Positions 24,230 through 35,766 of a DNA stretch of 64,000 bases are shown here, piece by piece. How positions within the stretch are numbered: position 1 is the first letter of the stretch; each line of letters starts with the position of its first letter. Under the pieces are notes generated by a model. That model had not been told where the DNA came from. It saw only the letters and a list, made by a program, of their open reading frames with translations, and ran no database searches. The position numbers and the translations under genes were made by a program. The stretch lies in assembly GCA_963828525.1 (NCBI GenBank), contig CAWHEP010000005.1:32001-96000 (forward strand), read 5' to 3'. The stretch is from an uncultured Verrucomicrobiae bacterium. GTDB lineage: Bacteria > Verrucomicrobiota > Verrucomicrobiia > Chthoniobacterales > Chthoniobacteraceae.

Positions 24230-24955
24230 TCACGCTGCCGCTTTCCGCGCGACATACACAGTGCTCATACATTCGCTCTCCAGCAGCGGGTTTGTGAACT
24301 TCACGACGTGCGGCATGGCGCATTCGAAAACTTCATCAAGCGAGCGGATAAATTGCTCGTCGGGTGGGTCGTCCGACCACAGAGCGAACACGCCACCGGG
24401 ATGCAGATGGGAAGCGAGCATGCGCAGCCCTTCAGCTCCATAGAACCCGCCATGGCGCGGGTGCAGCAAATTGCGCGGCGAATGGTCTATGTCCAGCAAC
24501 ACCGCGTGGAATTTCCGGCCGGGCTCGCTGGGGTCAAATCCCTCCGCGGAGTTCGCCAGCGCGAAGAAGTCCGCATGCGCGAAACGCGCGCGCGGATCGG
24601 CGGTCAGCACCGCCCCAAGCGGTACGAGCCCTTGTTGATGCCACCCGATTACAGGCTGGAGAGCCTCTACGATAATCAGCGAGCGGGCGTTAGTATGCTG
24701 GAGCGCCGCGACTGCCGTGTAGCCCAAGCCAAGCCCTCCCACCACCACATCCCATCCGTTCCCCTTGAGTTGCGCCAAACCCAGGTTCGCAAGCGCTTCT
24801 TCAACGTCATGAAACAAGCTCGACATCAGGAACGCGTTGCCCAGCTTCACCTCGAATATCTCCAAACCGCCCATCGACAAAAGCCTTCTCCGGCGCAGGG
24901 TCAATTCGCCGAGCGATGTCTCCTGATAGTCCAGTTCCTCGAAATTTTTACTCAT
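24230..24955 (-). CDS. Spermidine synthase-like SAM-dependent protein
   Basis: GGLGLGYTA and LLDIDHSP. Confidence 0.8.
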   Translation of the reverse strand: MSKNFEELDYQETSLGELTLRRRRLLSMGGLEIFEVKLGNAFLMSSLFHDVEEALANLGLAQLKGNGWDVVVGGLGLGYTAVAALQHTNARSLIIVEALQPVIGWHQQGLVPLGAVLTADPRARFAHADFFALANSAEGFDPSEPGRKFHAVLLDIDHSPRNLLHPRHGGFYGAEGLRMLASHLHPGGVFALWSDDPPDEQFIRSLDEVFECAMPHVVKFTNPLLESECMSTVYVARKAAA

Positions 24956-25106
24956 CCCGTCCCATATACAGGCAAACCCTGCGTTTTAACCACCCGCAAA
25001 ACGCCGGAGCCTGAAACCAGCGGTCAAATGACCATATCACGTATCTTTAGCGTTGGCTTCGATTCGGTGCCCCAAGGTCTGCATTCCCCCGACAATCCCC
25101 AAAACT

Positions 25107-25532
25107 TCAAGGGCGGCGCCTTCCAGCGGCGAGCATCAGGCAGGCTTTCTCGATACGCTGCCTGTGCTTGTCCGGTTCCTTCACGGAGTCCATCCATCCA
25201 ATGAAGTCTCTGCGCTCGTCCGGCGTGAGATCGCTCCACTGGGCCTTTGAGATCGGATTGGCAGCGAGTGTCTTGTGCAGGTCCAGTGACACTATCGAAT
25301 AACAGCAGGGACGACGTTTGCCACCGGCAACCATCGAGCAGGTTCGTTCGATCCTGCGACGGCGTGTCTCGGGTTTTTTTGCTGAGTCGATCCAACTTAC
25401 GAAATCCCTGCGGGCGATTGGCGTCAGATTGCTCCACTTCGCCTCCGCCCCTGGGTTGGCGAGTAGAGCAGCGCAAAGATCCGGGGGCTGTTCGGATAGA
25501 AACCTGTTCTTAGCCTGCTTTGGTTTCACCAT
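25107..25532 (-). CDS. YdeI/OmpD-associated family protein, tandem domain
   Basis: Two copies of DL..AL.ANP....W..LTP..RRDF..W.DS.K.P.....RIE..C.M...G.RRP. Confidence 0.8.
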   Translation of the reverse strand: MVKPKQAKNRFLSEQPPDLCAALLANPGAEAKWSNLTPIARRDFVSWIDSAKKPETRRRRIERTCSMVAGGKRRPCCYSIVSLDLHKTLAANPISKAQWSDLTPDERRDFIGWMDSVKEPDKHRQRIEKACLMLAAGRRRP

Positions 25533-28500
25533 GTTTGCCGCGAGCAATTACTTCCTTTGCGAGATCCATTTGCGCAGGGAGCAGGGTTGCGTTGTTGAAT
25601 AGACGGTTGACCTTTGCATAGGCGTTGCCAGCCATGGAGCGCGCTTCTGCGGGGTTCTCCACGCAACGTCGAATGCCCGTGGCAAGAGACTCCGCGGAAC
25701 CGGGCTCGACGAGATGCGCTTCCCACGCGTCGGAAATCATCTCGGGAACACCGAATACTTTGGTGCTCACGATTGGAAGTCGGAAGGCCATCGCCTCCAG
25801 GATAACGCGCGGAAAGGACTCCTCCAGGCTGGAGCAGACGAAAATGTCGCTGGCGGCAAAGTAATCATACACTTCTCCCGTTTCCTCGATGATGCGGACA
25901 TCCTGCATGCTGTGTTTGTCGATCTGCGAGTGGAGCATGTCCAGATAGGCGGATTTCCTCCCGCCGACCATAAGGAAGATGAGCGCGGTTTTTTTGCGCA
26001 GTTTTTCCAGTTCCTTGATCGCCAGCAGGAAGATGTGCTGCCCTTTCCTTTCGCACGTGGTTCCTATGACGCTGATGACAGTATGATCGCAGGGAATATT
26101 ATGCTTGGCGCGCAGGCGCGCCTTGTCATGCTTACGGCGGAACTCATCGATCTGCGCCACATCCACGCCGCCGTGGATCGTCAAATAATTTTGCCCCTTG
26201 TCGAATTTCCCAAATAGGCGCCGGGTTGCGTTTGCCTGGAACACGACTCGATCCGCTGCCTCAAGGCAATCCTCAGTCATCTTTGCCACAGAAGAAGTCA
26301 CCGGCAGGAAGTCGCGGATGGCGGCGCTTTCGTGGATATGCCAGATGACGGGAATATCAGAGAGGAGCGCCATCTTCACCGCCCCGAACGAGAGCAGGGT
26401 ATTGCAAACGACGAGGTCGAAGGAGGCGAGGTCACTCTGCTTTGCGATCTCCAGCAGACGGCTCTGAAATTCTGAAGCGGACTCGCTCGCCCGGGAATGG
26501 AGGTCTGGTTCGATCTTCACTTGCATGCCCGCCTCATGGTAACGCTCGCTGAGTATCCCCGGCTCCGGAGAGAGCACCACAACCTCGTTTCCCCGCTGCG
26601 CGAAGTATCGCGCGTAGTCGAGAATAATGAGCGGCGCGCCTGCAAGGCTCAGATTGTGGGAAACGACGAGGATACGCGCCCGCTTAATCCTTTCTTTGTG
26701 ACCGAAATGACGCGGATTCACGGCCATGAACGCGGAATTGAGATCCAAATTGGGGTTAAACCAGGGATCGCGGAAGGAACGATATTTCTTCAGGAAGTTC
26801 GCGTGCTCATCAGGGTTGTAGCCCCGTCCGCGCGAGACTCCGCAGTGGTGCAACAGACTGGCCCCCGGCGAATACACGATCCGCTTGCCCCTCTCTCCCA
26901 GCCTGAGGCAGAAATCCACATCGTTGAATTCCACAGCGAACTTTTGTTCATCAAAACCGCCCAGCTCGTTATAGAGCGTTTTCGAAGTCAGGAGACACGC
27001 CGCGGTGACCGCGGACACATTGCGCGCCGCGTGTGAAAGGAAGTTAAATCCCATCAGACGATCATCCATGGACTCGAAGCAATGAGCAGCCAGCCCATTA
27101 TTCGCTCCGACGAACACCCCTGCATGCTGGATCAGGTTGTCGCCGGGATAGAGCAGTTTGGCGCCGACTGCTCCGACTCCAGGAACGGACATCCACCCTG
27201 CCATGTCCTTAAGCCATCCCGAGGCCACGGCCTCCATATCGTTGTTTAATAGAAGCACGAGCGGTGTCCGGGCTTCCGCCACCCCTCGGTTCACAAGGCG
27301 CGAGAAGTTGAACTGATCCTCTCCCGCTTCCATGGTGATGACCCTGCAAGACAGAACGCCTGCTCGTTCGATCTCTGCCAGATACTCAATTGTCGCCGGG
27401 TCATCCGACCGGTCATTTACTATGATCAAGTCGGCGTGACTTGGGTCAACCGTTCTCGCCAGGCTTGCGACACATTTCTTAAGTAGATCACCGCGGTTTC
27501 GCGTCGGTATGATGATTGTGACCCGGCCCGCCTCGGTGAGCTTGCTGTCCCAGTTTAGCTGGTAGAGGCAGAGGTTCCCCCTCTCCGCGAACTCCGGCAG
27601 GAACGGCCGGGCTTTCAGGCCACGGCGCTCAAGTGATTCTTCGATTGCTTTCAGCGCGCTCTCGAAGACGTAACTCTTCTGCCCCCCATGCGAAGCTGTG
27701 CTTTCAGCATGGCACCGCCAGTGGTAACAGACGAAAGGAACGTGCAGAATTCGATCCGGCTCGGTTCGCTCGATCACACGTAGATACAGATCTAGATCCT
27801 GCGCGCCTTCAAACCCCGGTCGGAGTCCGCCAATCTCCTCGACAAGGCTGCGACGGATCGTAGTGAAGTGCTGTATGTAGTTGTGCGTGAGCGACATTTC
27901 AGGACTAAACGCGCCCTTGAAGATCGGATCATATCTCGTGCCCGCCGCGTCCATCTTATCCTCATCCGTGTAGATCAAGTCCGCGGCGGGCTGCGCCATG
28001 ATCGCCTCCGCCACGTGCAGCAAGGCATCGGGGCTGAGGAGATCGTCGTGGTCGAGCAGCGAGATGTAATCGCCAGTCGCCATTTCCAATGCTGAGTTGG
28101 TCGCCCGGACGATGTGGCCGTTCGTTTCGCGCCACAAAACCTTGATCCTGCCATCCCGCTTAGCGGCCGTTTCAAGCAGCGTGCGCATATGCGGCTCGGT
28201 TGACGCGTCGTCCGCCAAACAGAGTTCCCAGTTAGGATAGAACTGGTTCACGACCGAGTCGATCATCTCCTGCAGGAAAGCGGCCGGGGTATTGTAGGTT
28301 GGCGTCAGGATGCTGATCGTGGGGCCGGCAGCGCGCAACCGATCAGCGTCCTTTTTCATGCGCGCCACCAGCGCGGGGGTGAGCGTGTTGGTCTCCAGCC
28401 ATGCGGCGTAGGGCGGTTTTGTCTCGCAGGGTATGGAATGCTCAAAGTCGTGCTGCCTTCCAGGTTCGTGCGTGACGCGAATCTCCCTTAAGAAGACTGG

Positions 28501-29412
28501 AGCCCGGGCGCCATCTTCCAGCTCGGCATCCACTCGCAAAAGCACGGGCCCGGCAAAGCCGAGTCCTATCGGGAGATAAGCGTTAAACCCGGAAATTCGG
28601 GCGTCCGCGACATAGGGATGACATTCCGCCACGTCATACCTGACCATTTTGAACGTGGCAGGCACGTCATCCATTCCATCGTGGGACACAAACAGGCGCT
28701 TGATCGAGCCTTCGTCGCGGAATACCCACCCGGAGACGAATAGCGATCCTGAGAGATTGTTGACGACTTCAGCAGGGTTCTCCAGGCAACCGACAAACCG
28801 TGGAGGGCCGCAAACGGCTGCCGGCATCAATGCCGGAGCTTGAGACGGGGGAGGCGCTTTCTTTGGCTCAATTTCGAATGAATGAAATGTTTCCCAGTCG
28901 GTTCCGGCGCGCGCCGCTTGCAGAGTGATGCGGACGGGTAGCGCGGGTATAAGCGCGGTGATCTCAAATCCGCTGAATCGAGAGTTTGCCAGCCCATTGA
29001 ACGTCCCTCCTATATTGGCTCGCTCCAAGCCGTAGGAGGCCCTGACAAACCTCCCGCCAAACTGCGCTCGCACTCCACTCACTTCCTCTCCTAGCGCGGT
29101 GAAGCACCAGCCCTTGAAAGTTACCTCCCCGTTGGCAGCATGCTCGGGAGGGTCGATTTCGAAACGGTAAACCGGCTTATGATGCCTCCTTGAGGCTGGA
29201 CTTGGTGGTTCGGGCTTTCCTCGCGGGGGAAGAGCAGCAGCGGGTTCCTCGCTGCCCATGGTGCGGGCCGCGAGAATCTTCACGAGCAGAACGATCTCCG
29301 CTCGCGCTTCTTCCAACTCGGAGCGCGTTCTCGCCAGCAGTTGGCGGGAGTGTTCCGCTCCGTCCGCTGAAGTGCCCGCGCCGTTGGAGTTGGAATCGCG
29401 TTCGTGTTTCAT
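25510..29412 (-). CDS. Multidomain glycosyltransferase (GT2-GT2-GT4) with N-terminal repeats
   Basis: ISILTPTYN/DDAS/LDHDD (GT2), IIIPTRN/LLNND (GT2) and ESFPRVILEAMA (GT4); 1300 aa. Confidence 0.9.
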   Translation of the reverse strand: MKHERDSNSNGAGTSADGAEHSRQLLARTRSELEEARAEIVLLVKILAARTMGSEEPAAALPPRGKPEPPSPASRRHHKPVYRFEIDPPEHAANGEVTFKGWCFTALGEEVSGVRAQFGGRFVRASYGLERANIGGTFNGLANSRFSGFEITALIPALPVRITLQAARAGTDWETFHSFEIEPKKAPPPSQAPALMPAAVCGPPRFVGCLENPAEVVNNLSGSLFVSGWVFRDEGSIKRLFVSHDGMDDVPATFKMVRYDVAECHPYVADARISGFNAYLPIGLGFAGPVLLRVDAELEDGARAPVFLREIRVTHEPGRQHDFEHSIPCETKPPYAAWLETNTLTPALVARMKKDADRLRAAGPTISILTPTYNTPAAFLQEMIDSVVNQFYPNWELCLADDASTEPHMRTLLETAAKRDGRIKVLWRETNGHIVRATNSALEMATGDYISLLDHDDLLSPDALLHVAEAIMAQPAADLIYTDEDKMDAAGTRYDPIFKGAFSPEMSLTHNYIQHFTTIRRSLVEEIGGLRPGFEGAQDLDLYLRVIERTEPDRILHVPFVCYHWRCHAESTASHGGQKSYVFESALKAIEESLERRGLKARPFLPEFAERGNLCLYQLNWDSKLTEAGRVTIIIPTRNRGDLLKKCVASLARTVDPSHADLIIVNDRSDDPATIEYLAEIERAGVLSCRVITMEAGEDQFNFSRLVNRGVAEARTPLVLLLNNDMEAVASGWLKDMAGWMSVPGVGAVGAKLLYPGDNLIQHAGVFVGANNGLAAHCFESMDDRLMGFNFLSHAARNVSAVTAACLLTSKTLYNELGGFDEQKFAVEFNDVDFCLRLGERGKRIVYSPGASLLHHCGVSRGRGYNPDEHANFLKKYRSFRDPWFNPNLDLNSAFMAVNPRHFGHKERIKRARILVVSHNLSLAGAPLIILDYARYFAQRGNEVVVLSPEPGILSERYHEAGMQVKIEPDLHSRASESASEFQSRLLEIAKQSDLASFDLVVCNTLLSFGAVKMALLSDIPVIWHIHESAAIRDFLPVTSSVAKMTEDCLEAADRVVFQANATRRLFGKFDKGQNYLTIHGGVDVAQIDEFRRKHDKARLRAKHNIPCDHTVISVIGTTCERKGQHIFLLAIKELEKLRKKTALIFLMVGGRKSAYLDMLHSQIDKHSMQDVRIIEETGEVYDYFAASDIFVCSSLEESFPRVILEAMAFRLPIVSTKVFGVPEMISDAWEAHLVEPGSAESLATGIRRCVENPAEARSMAGNAYAKVNRLFNNATLLPAQMDLAKEVIARGKHGETKAG

Positions 29413-29552
29413 CGTTCAGCGCCACTTTCGCCCAAAAATTGCGCGGCTCCTTTAACATGTTTTGGCTTGCGGCGCAATTTATCGCCACCCGGGGCATCCA
29501 CGCCATTCCGCGGACGTCCATCCGCCTGAAAATCTTGTTTCTGCGCCAGAGC

Positions 29553-30899
29553 TCAACGCTCGCGAAACGGGACGGGCGTCGCAGGTGAAATCCGGAGCAA
29601 ACGTGATGCGTGCGCGGGGAGGGTCGCGCTAAAGCCTTTTCTATTGACTCCAAGATCGGCGCGACTCCAGAGATCCCGCGTCATTGCGTTGCCCGCGAAG
29701 CCGAGTTCGCTCCAAGTCACGGCTACTCCCGCGCTCGCGCTGGAGAGGTTGAATAATGCGACGGTAAATGTACCATCGGGGTTGCGGGATCTCCACACCT
29801 GCTGCGGACTGAGCTGAGCCAGCGGCGCGGCGACGTGGCCTGATTGATCCACCGCAATCACCTCGGGATTCGTCAGCATGGAGTAATCCGCGCCGTCCAC
29901 ATTGCGGATGTCGGCGCCGATATAGAGCGGAGCGCAACTGATCGACCACAGGGTCATGGTTGTTCGGCGCTCGTCGAGTGTAAGGCCCGTGCTGGCGCCA
30001 CTGCCGATTTCCAGCGCGTCCAGGTCATTCCACCCCCCGGGCCCGGCATACCTCGCCCAACGCGCGACATTGTCAAAGCGCCGTGCCACGCGGTTCCATG
30101 TAGTCAGTTGCCGCCCCGCTCCATAGGACTCGATGTCGGCTTCTATTCGCCACCCATTGCTGTACCTCCTCCAGAATTCCGCATACCGGAATTCGAGACT
30201 GCTCGATAACTCCAGCCAGATCGGACGCCCGGTTTTCTTCAACGCCGCGTTCCAGTGCTGGATGTCAGGGCGATTATCCGCCGGAACCTTCCCGTCGCCC
30301 GGGCCGACAAAATCCATTCTGATAAAATCCACTCCCCATGAAGCGACCAGGTCCGCGCAGCTTTGCACATACTCTGCCGCTCCGGGTTTCGCGTAGTCGA
30401 TGCGATCCGCTTTTCCGAGCGTGTTCCCATTTTGATCCGCGTCAGCGATGTCCCTCGCGTGGTAGCGAGTGCCTCGTATCGGAGAGTTCGCGTCCCACAC
30501 ATTCTTCGGCAGTCCGGGCGTGAGATATATTCCCAGCTTCAGACCTTTGCGATGCAGGTGCTCAGCAAGCGAAAGGATGCCGCTGGGGAACCTTGTGAGA
30601 TCGGGCTTCGGCCGTCCGAATTCATCAACTCCTTCGGACCATCCAGCGTCGATATTCACATAGGTATATCCGGACGCTTTGAACTTCGCGCCGAGCGCGT
30701 CAGCCTGTATCCTGATCTCGCCTTCGGTCGGGTGATTTCTGTAAAGACTCCAGCTGCTCCAGCCCATGAACGGGTGATCCGCGAACGCCGCTTCGGGCGC
30801 GGCGTAGGCAGTCAGGATCGCGCTGAGATGCGCGCCGAGGAGCAGAAGCAACCCGCGCCAAACCGATGAGCTGTGATGTTTTTGGATCAACCTCTTCAA
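29553..30899 (-). CDS. Glycoside hydrolase family 27 (alpha-galactosidase-like)
   Basis: PFMGWSSW, YVNIDAGW, WGVDFIRMDF and GGWNDLDAL; signal peptide. Confidence 0.9.
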   Translation of the reverse strand: MKRLIQKHHSSSVWRGLLLLLGAHLSAILTAYAAPEAAFADHPFMGWSSWSLYRNHPTEGEIRIQADALGAKFKASGYTYVNIDAGWSEGVDEFGRPKPDLTRFPSGILSLAEHLHRKGLKLGIYLTPGLPKNVWDANSPIRGTRYHARDIADADQNGNTLGKADRIDYAKPGAAEYVQSCADLVASWGVDFIRMDFVGPGDGKVPADNRPDIQHWNAALKKTGRPIWLELSSSLEFRYAEFWRRYSNGWRIEADIESYGAGRQLTTWNRVARRFDNVARWARYAGPGGWNDLDALEIGSGASTGLTLDERRTTMTLWSISCAPLYIGADIRNVDGADYSMLTNPEVIAVDQSGHVAAPLAQLSPQQVWRSRNPDGTFTVALFNLSSASAGVAVTWSELGFAGNAMTRDLWSRADLGVNRKGFSATLPAHASRLLRISPATPVPFRER

Positions 30900-31107
30900 G
30901 CTTCCTTAATCTACCGCCTCCGGTAGAAGGAGTTAAATCACCAAATATTACCTCGCGTCCGCCTGCGGCCGCTCTTTTTCGCGTGTATTTAGGCGGCAAT
31001 ACAGCAGATTGAGGGCGCATGCGCCAACCACACGGCACCCCGTCGCGCCTGGGAGTTTCCTTCGCTGTCCTTTTCCTGGGGAACACTTACTGCTCGGCTT
31101 GAAACGC

Positions 31108-34100
31108 ATGCGGTTCTCCCTGCTCTCGCTGTCAGTGATCTGTCTCTGCCTTTCGGGGAATGTCTGCCACGCCGATACCCCAGCGAAGGAACTGGACGAA
31201 ATCGCGGAGGAAGGCTCTCCCGGGGTAGATGTTCCTCCGAGAATATTCCATGTCGCTCCAGGCGGCGATGACCGATGGAGCGGCGCCTTGGAGCATCCCA
31301 ACGCCGACGCAACGGACGGTCCGCTGGCAACTCTGGGGGGAGCCCGGGATGCAATCCGGCGCTCGCGGCACTCCGCTGAGCCTCATGAGGCCGCGCGCGT
31401 AGTGATCGCCTCCGGCTTGTATTGCCTGTTGGCGCCCTTCGTCCTCGAGGCTCGGGACGGTGGAACGAGGGATTTCCCTGTTAGCTATGAAGCCGCTCCA
31501 GGCGCCGCGCCTATCTTTAGCGGAGGCCGGCACATAGGAGGTTGGACCCGAGGGGAAAGCGGACTCTGGTCGACGATGGTGCCGGGCGTAAAGGAGGGGC
31601 AATGGTATTTCGAGCAACTCTGGGTGGACGGGCGACGCGCAGCGCGAGCCAGGACGCCCTCTTTGGGCTTTTCATACATGCTCGACGTCCGCGAGGAGGA
31701 CTCACGGGTCACAATCCAGGCGCGCCCCGAGGATTTGCAGTTGCTGAAAAGTGTTGGAGGCCCGGAATTGAAAGACGTAAGCCTTCTCGCGTTCCATAAA
31801 TGGGATACCACCCGCCGGTTCATAGAGTCTCTGGACGCTGGGAAAGGCTTGATTACGCTGCGCGGCAAACAGCTTCAATCCTGGAGCCGCATGGAGAAAG
31901 GGACGCCATTTTTTCTCGAGAATTTCAGAGCCGCGCTCATGACGCCAGGGGAATGGTTTTTGGCCCGGGACGGCAGGTTAACCTATATGCCGCGTCCAGG
32001 GGAGGACATGGAAAGCGCATCCGTCATTGCGCCAGTGGCTGAAAAACTGCTTGTGGTCGCCGGCGATCCCACGACCGGCCATTTTGTGGAAGATATTCAC
32101 TTTTCGGGCCTTATATTCCGCCATTCGCAGTGGCTTACTCCCCCGGAGGGGGTCGCTCCCACACAGGCGGCGGCGCAGTTCGAAGCGGCAGTGATGCTGG
32201 ACGGCGAGCGCCGCGTCGATTTTGAAAACTGCGAAGTCTCTCACGTCGGAGCATACGCTGTGTGGTTCCGACGGGGCTGCCAGGATGACGCTCTGCGACA
32301 TTGCCTCCTTGAGGATTTGGGAGCCGGGGGGGCGCGAGTGGGACAAGGCTCAATTCCCGCGCGGCCCGCTGATGCCACTGGCCATGTGACGCTGGACAAC
32401 AACATCATTCGTCATGGAGGTCGCATCGCGCCGTGCGCCGTCGGGGTGTGGATCGGCCAGAGCGCGGATAACCAGGTCACCCACAATGAGATCGCGGACT
32501 TCTACTACACCGGTGTCTCAGTGGGCTGGACATGGGGTTACGGCGCGAGCGCCGCCGCCCGCAATCAGATTGACTTCAACCACATCCACCACTTGGGGTG
32601 GGGTGTCCTGAGCGACATGGGAGCCGTCTATACTCTCGGAGCGTCACCCGGAACGAGTGTCAGCCATAACGTCGCGCACGATATTTACTCCGCCACCTAC
32701 GGGGGCTGGGGTCTCTACACGGACGAGGGCAGCAGCGGCATCACCCTGGAAGATAACCTCGTGTACAACACCACGAGCGGAGGCTTCCATCAGCATTACG
32801 GGAAAGATAACGTAGTAAGGAACAACATATTCGCGTTTGGGTCCCAGGCTCAGTTGCAGCGCACGAAGGTCGAGCCGCACACCTCATTCACCTTCAGCCG
32901 CAATATCATCTACTGGAACTCGGGTCATCTTTTCGCCGGACACTGGAGCGACCCGGGCGTGCAGCTTGACCATAATGTTTATTTCGACGAGTCGGGCAAG
33001 CCGACCGACTTTGACGGCGCGAGTTTCGCCAAATGGCAGATGTCTGGCAAGGATGCCGGCTCCATCCAGGCCGATCCTATGTTCGTCGATGCTGGCAAGT
33101 TCGATTTTCGGCTGAAAGCAGGCTCCCCCGCGACGCAGACTGGTTTCAAGTTGTTTGATTACACGACCGCTGGCGCGCATGGAGACCCCGCCTGGGTCAA
33201 ACAGGCGACACAAGAGGAGTATGCCTCGATACGACTGTCACCGGGCGCGCCCAGGGAGGATGCCTCCGCCGGAGAAACGCCGCCAGCCGATGCAGAATAT
33301 CGGCAAGCCGCCCGGCCAGTGGAAAGCAGGGTTTCAGACCTGCTTGCCCGCATGACGCTGGAGGAAAAGTTGGGGCAGCTCCACCAGGGCGTCATCACTC
33401 CCCGCTCGGGTTTCAACGTGCAGGAATTTGCCCCCGCCATTCGCTCCGGCGCGGTGGGTTCCTTCATATGGGGCCTGGAGAATCCAAAAGCGCGTAACGA
33501 AGTGCAACGCGTCGCCGTTCAACAATCGCGCCTCGGCATCCCCATCATATTTGGGTTGGATGTGATACACGGCTACCGCACGACTTTTCCCTCTTCGCTG
33601 GGGCTCTCCTGCGCATGGGATCCGTCACTCTTTGAAAAAGCGCAGACTGTGGCCGCCCGGGAAGCCCGCGCCTCTGGAGTGGATTGGACATTCGCCCCGA
33701 TGAGCGATCTCGCCCGCGATCCGCGTTGGGGTCGTGTGGTTGAGACTTGTGGAGAAGATCCGTTTCTGACTTCCCTGTGCGTGGCTGCCGAGGTCCGGGG
33801 ATTTCAAGGCGGCAATCCTTCCGATCCCTCCAGACTCGCGGCCTGTCTAAAGCACTTTGTCGGGTACAGCGCGGCTGTTGGCGGGCGGGATTATAACGCC
33901 ACAGAGATTCCGGAATTTATCCTCCGTAACTTCCATTTGCCTTCCTTCGAGGCCGGGGTGAAGGCGGGCGCGCTCACTTTGATGAGCAGCTTCAACGCGA
34001 ATGATGGCATTCCTGCTACCGCGAACAGGCATACTCTCACCGACATATTGCGAAAAGAGTGGGGATTTCGCGGCTTTGTTGTCAGCGACTGGCGCGGGGT

Positions 34101-35524
34101 GGCGGAGCAGATTGACTGGGGGTTCGCCGCGAATGATTCCGAGGCGGCCGCCTTTGCCCTAAACGCCGGTACCGACATGGAAATGGTTTCGGACACCTAT
34201 TCAACAATCCCGGGTCAGCTAAAAAGCGGATCGATCTCCCCGGAAACTTTGGACGAAGCGGTGCGCCGCGTTTTGCGCGTGAAGTTTCAGGTAGGCCTCT
34301 TCGACCGGCCTTACACGGATCCGGCGGCGTTTCTCCCCGCCATTCTGCGTCCCGACGCAATGCAATTGGCTCGCGAATGCGCGGCGCGTTCGGCGGTGTT
34401 ATTGAAGAACAAAGGCGCTCTGCCGCTTTCCAGGAACTTGTCCAAAGTCGCCTTGATTGGTCCTTTCGGCAACGACGCCCGGGAGATGCTTGGTTGCTGG
34501 ACAGGCATGGGGCACAGTGAGGATGTCACTACGCTGGCGGCCGGCATCCGCGCCAAGCTGGCCCCCGGGAGCGAGCTTGAAGTGGTGAAGGGTTGCGGGG
34601 CTCTTGGGCGCGCCCCTCTCACCAAGACGCTCACAGACGGGTCTGTGGTGCCCGATCCGGCGGCGGTGGCGCATGCGGACGATTGGGATGGCCCGGCGGC
34701 GGTTCAGGCCGCTCGGGCTTCGGATGCGGTTATCATGGCATTAGGAGAACCTGCTGGCTGGACGGGGGAAAACGCGTCGAGGTCCAATCTTGGGCTTACC
34801 GGGCGGCAGCAGGATCTTTTCGACTCCATCATCGCTGTTGGAAAGCCGGTGGTGGTGGTTGTTTTTTGCGGGCGGCCTCTGGCAATTTCAAGGCTCGCCA
34901 GCAAGGCATCGGCGCTGTTGATCGCATGGCAGCCCGGAGTCCAGGCCGGAAACGGTCTGGCGGATCTTCTCTTCGGCGACGCGGCTCCAAGCGGGCGGCT
35001 GACGATGTCGATGCCATCATCCGTCGGACAGCTTCCGGTTTACTATAACCGCTACACAACAGGGCGGCCTGACCCCGAGTTCATAAACTATCGGGATGCG
35101 ACGCGTAATCCGCTCTACCCGTTCGGCTTCGGGCTGACTTATACAACATTCTCCTCTACGCCTGTCGAAATTCGCCCGGGTACGGGGGGCGCGTCGGCAG
35201 TCGCGGTCGCGGCGCATCACAAACACGGGAGACAGAGATGGCGAAGACGTGGCGGAACTCTATGTTCACCAGTTGGCTTGCGCGGAAGGCGCGCGGCCCG
35301 CTCAGGAGTTGCGCGGCTTCCAGCGCGTGCCGCTGAAGCCGGGCCAGACACGCGAAGTCACCTTTCCGCTCACGGACGAAGTCCTGGGTTACCACGCTCG
35401 CGACGGACGCTGGCGAACAGACGCGGGCGAGTATCAGATTTGGATCGCGCCTTCCGCCCAAAAAGGCGGCCCTGCGGTGTACCGAAAGACCCAAGTAGGG
35501 CCGTCGCCGCAGCGGCTAACGTAG
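31108..35524 (+). CDS. Fusion of a right-handed beta-helix (GH141-like) domain and a GH3 beta-glucosidase (frameshift near 35215 before the Fn3-like domain)
   Basis: Signal peptide, [10 protein letters not shown] and [10 protein letters not shown] (beta-helix). Then [27 protein letters not shown] and FGFGLTYT (GH3). The tail ELRGFQRV is in ORF 35249-35524. Confidence 0.85.
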
Positions 35525-35766
35525 CGGGCCCCGCAATCTCACTCGCTCCCGGCTTGCGCGGCGCCAGACGTCCCATCTGTATGACAGGGCACGGAAGGTG
35601 CTTGATTCAGTAGAAGGCACTCCGCCGCAAAGAGGCCCGAACTTGAGCGCCACTAGAGAAGACAATGAAATCGATGTTAGCAAAGTGGAGAACACGACGT
35701 CATATAAGACGGGCCCGTGGAGGCATGATTTTGGGGCCTTCGAGCCTCTGTCCGAAGGCCGGAGCC

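Noticed and set aside
22388..25204. Long plus-strand ORFs (343 aa and 431 aa)
   Set aside because: Antisense shadows of the aldolase, SDR and spermidine-synthase-like genes in GC-rich DNA.
29434..29480. Inverted repeat AAATTGCGC...GCGCAATTT between GH27 and the large GT
   Set aside because: Single copy with a long loop and no recognisable terminator or riboswitch features. Function cannot be supported.
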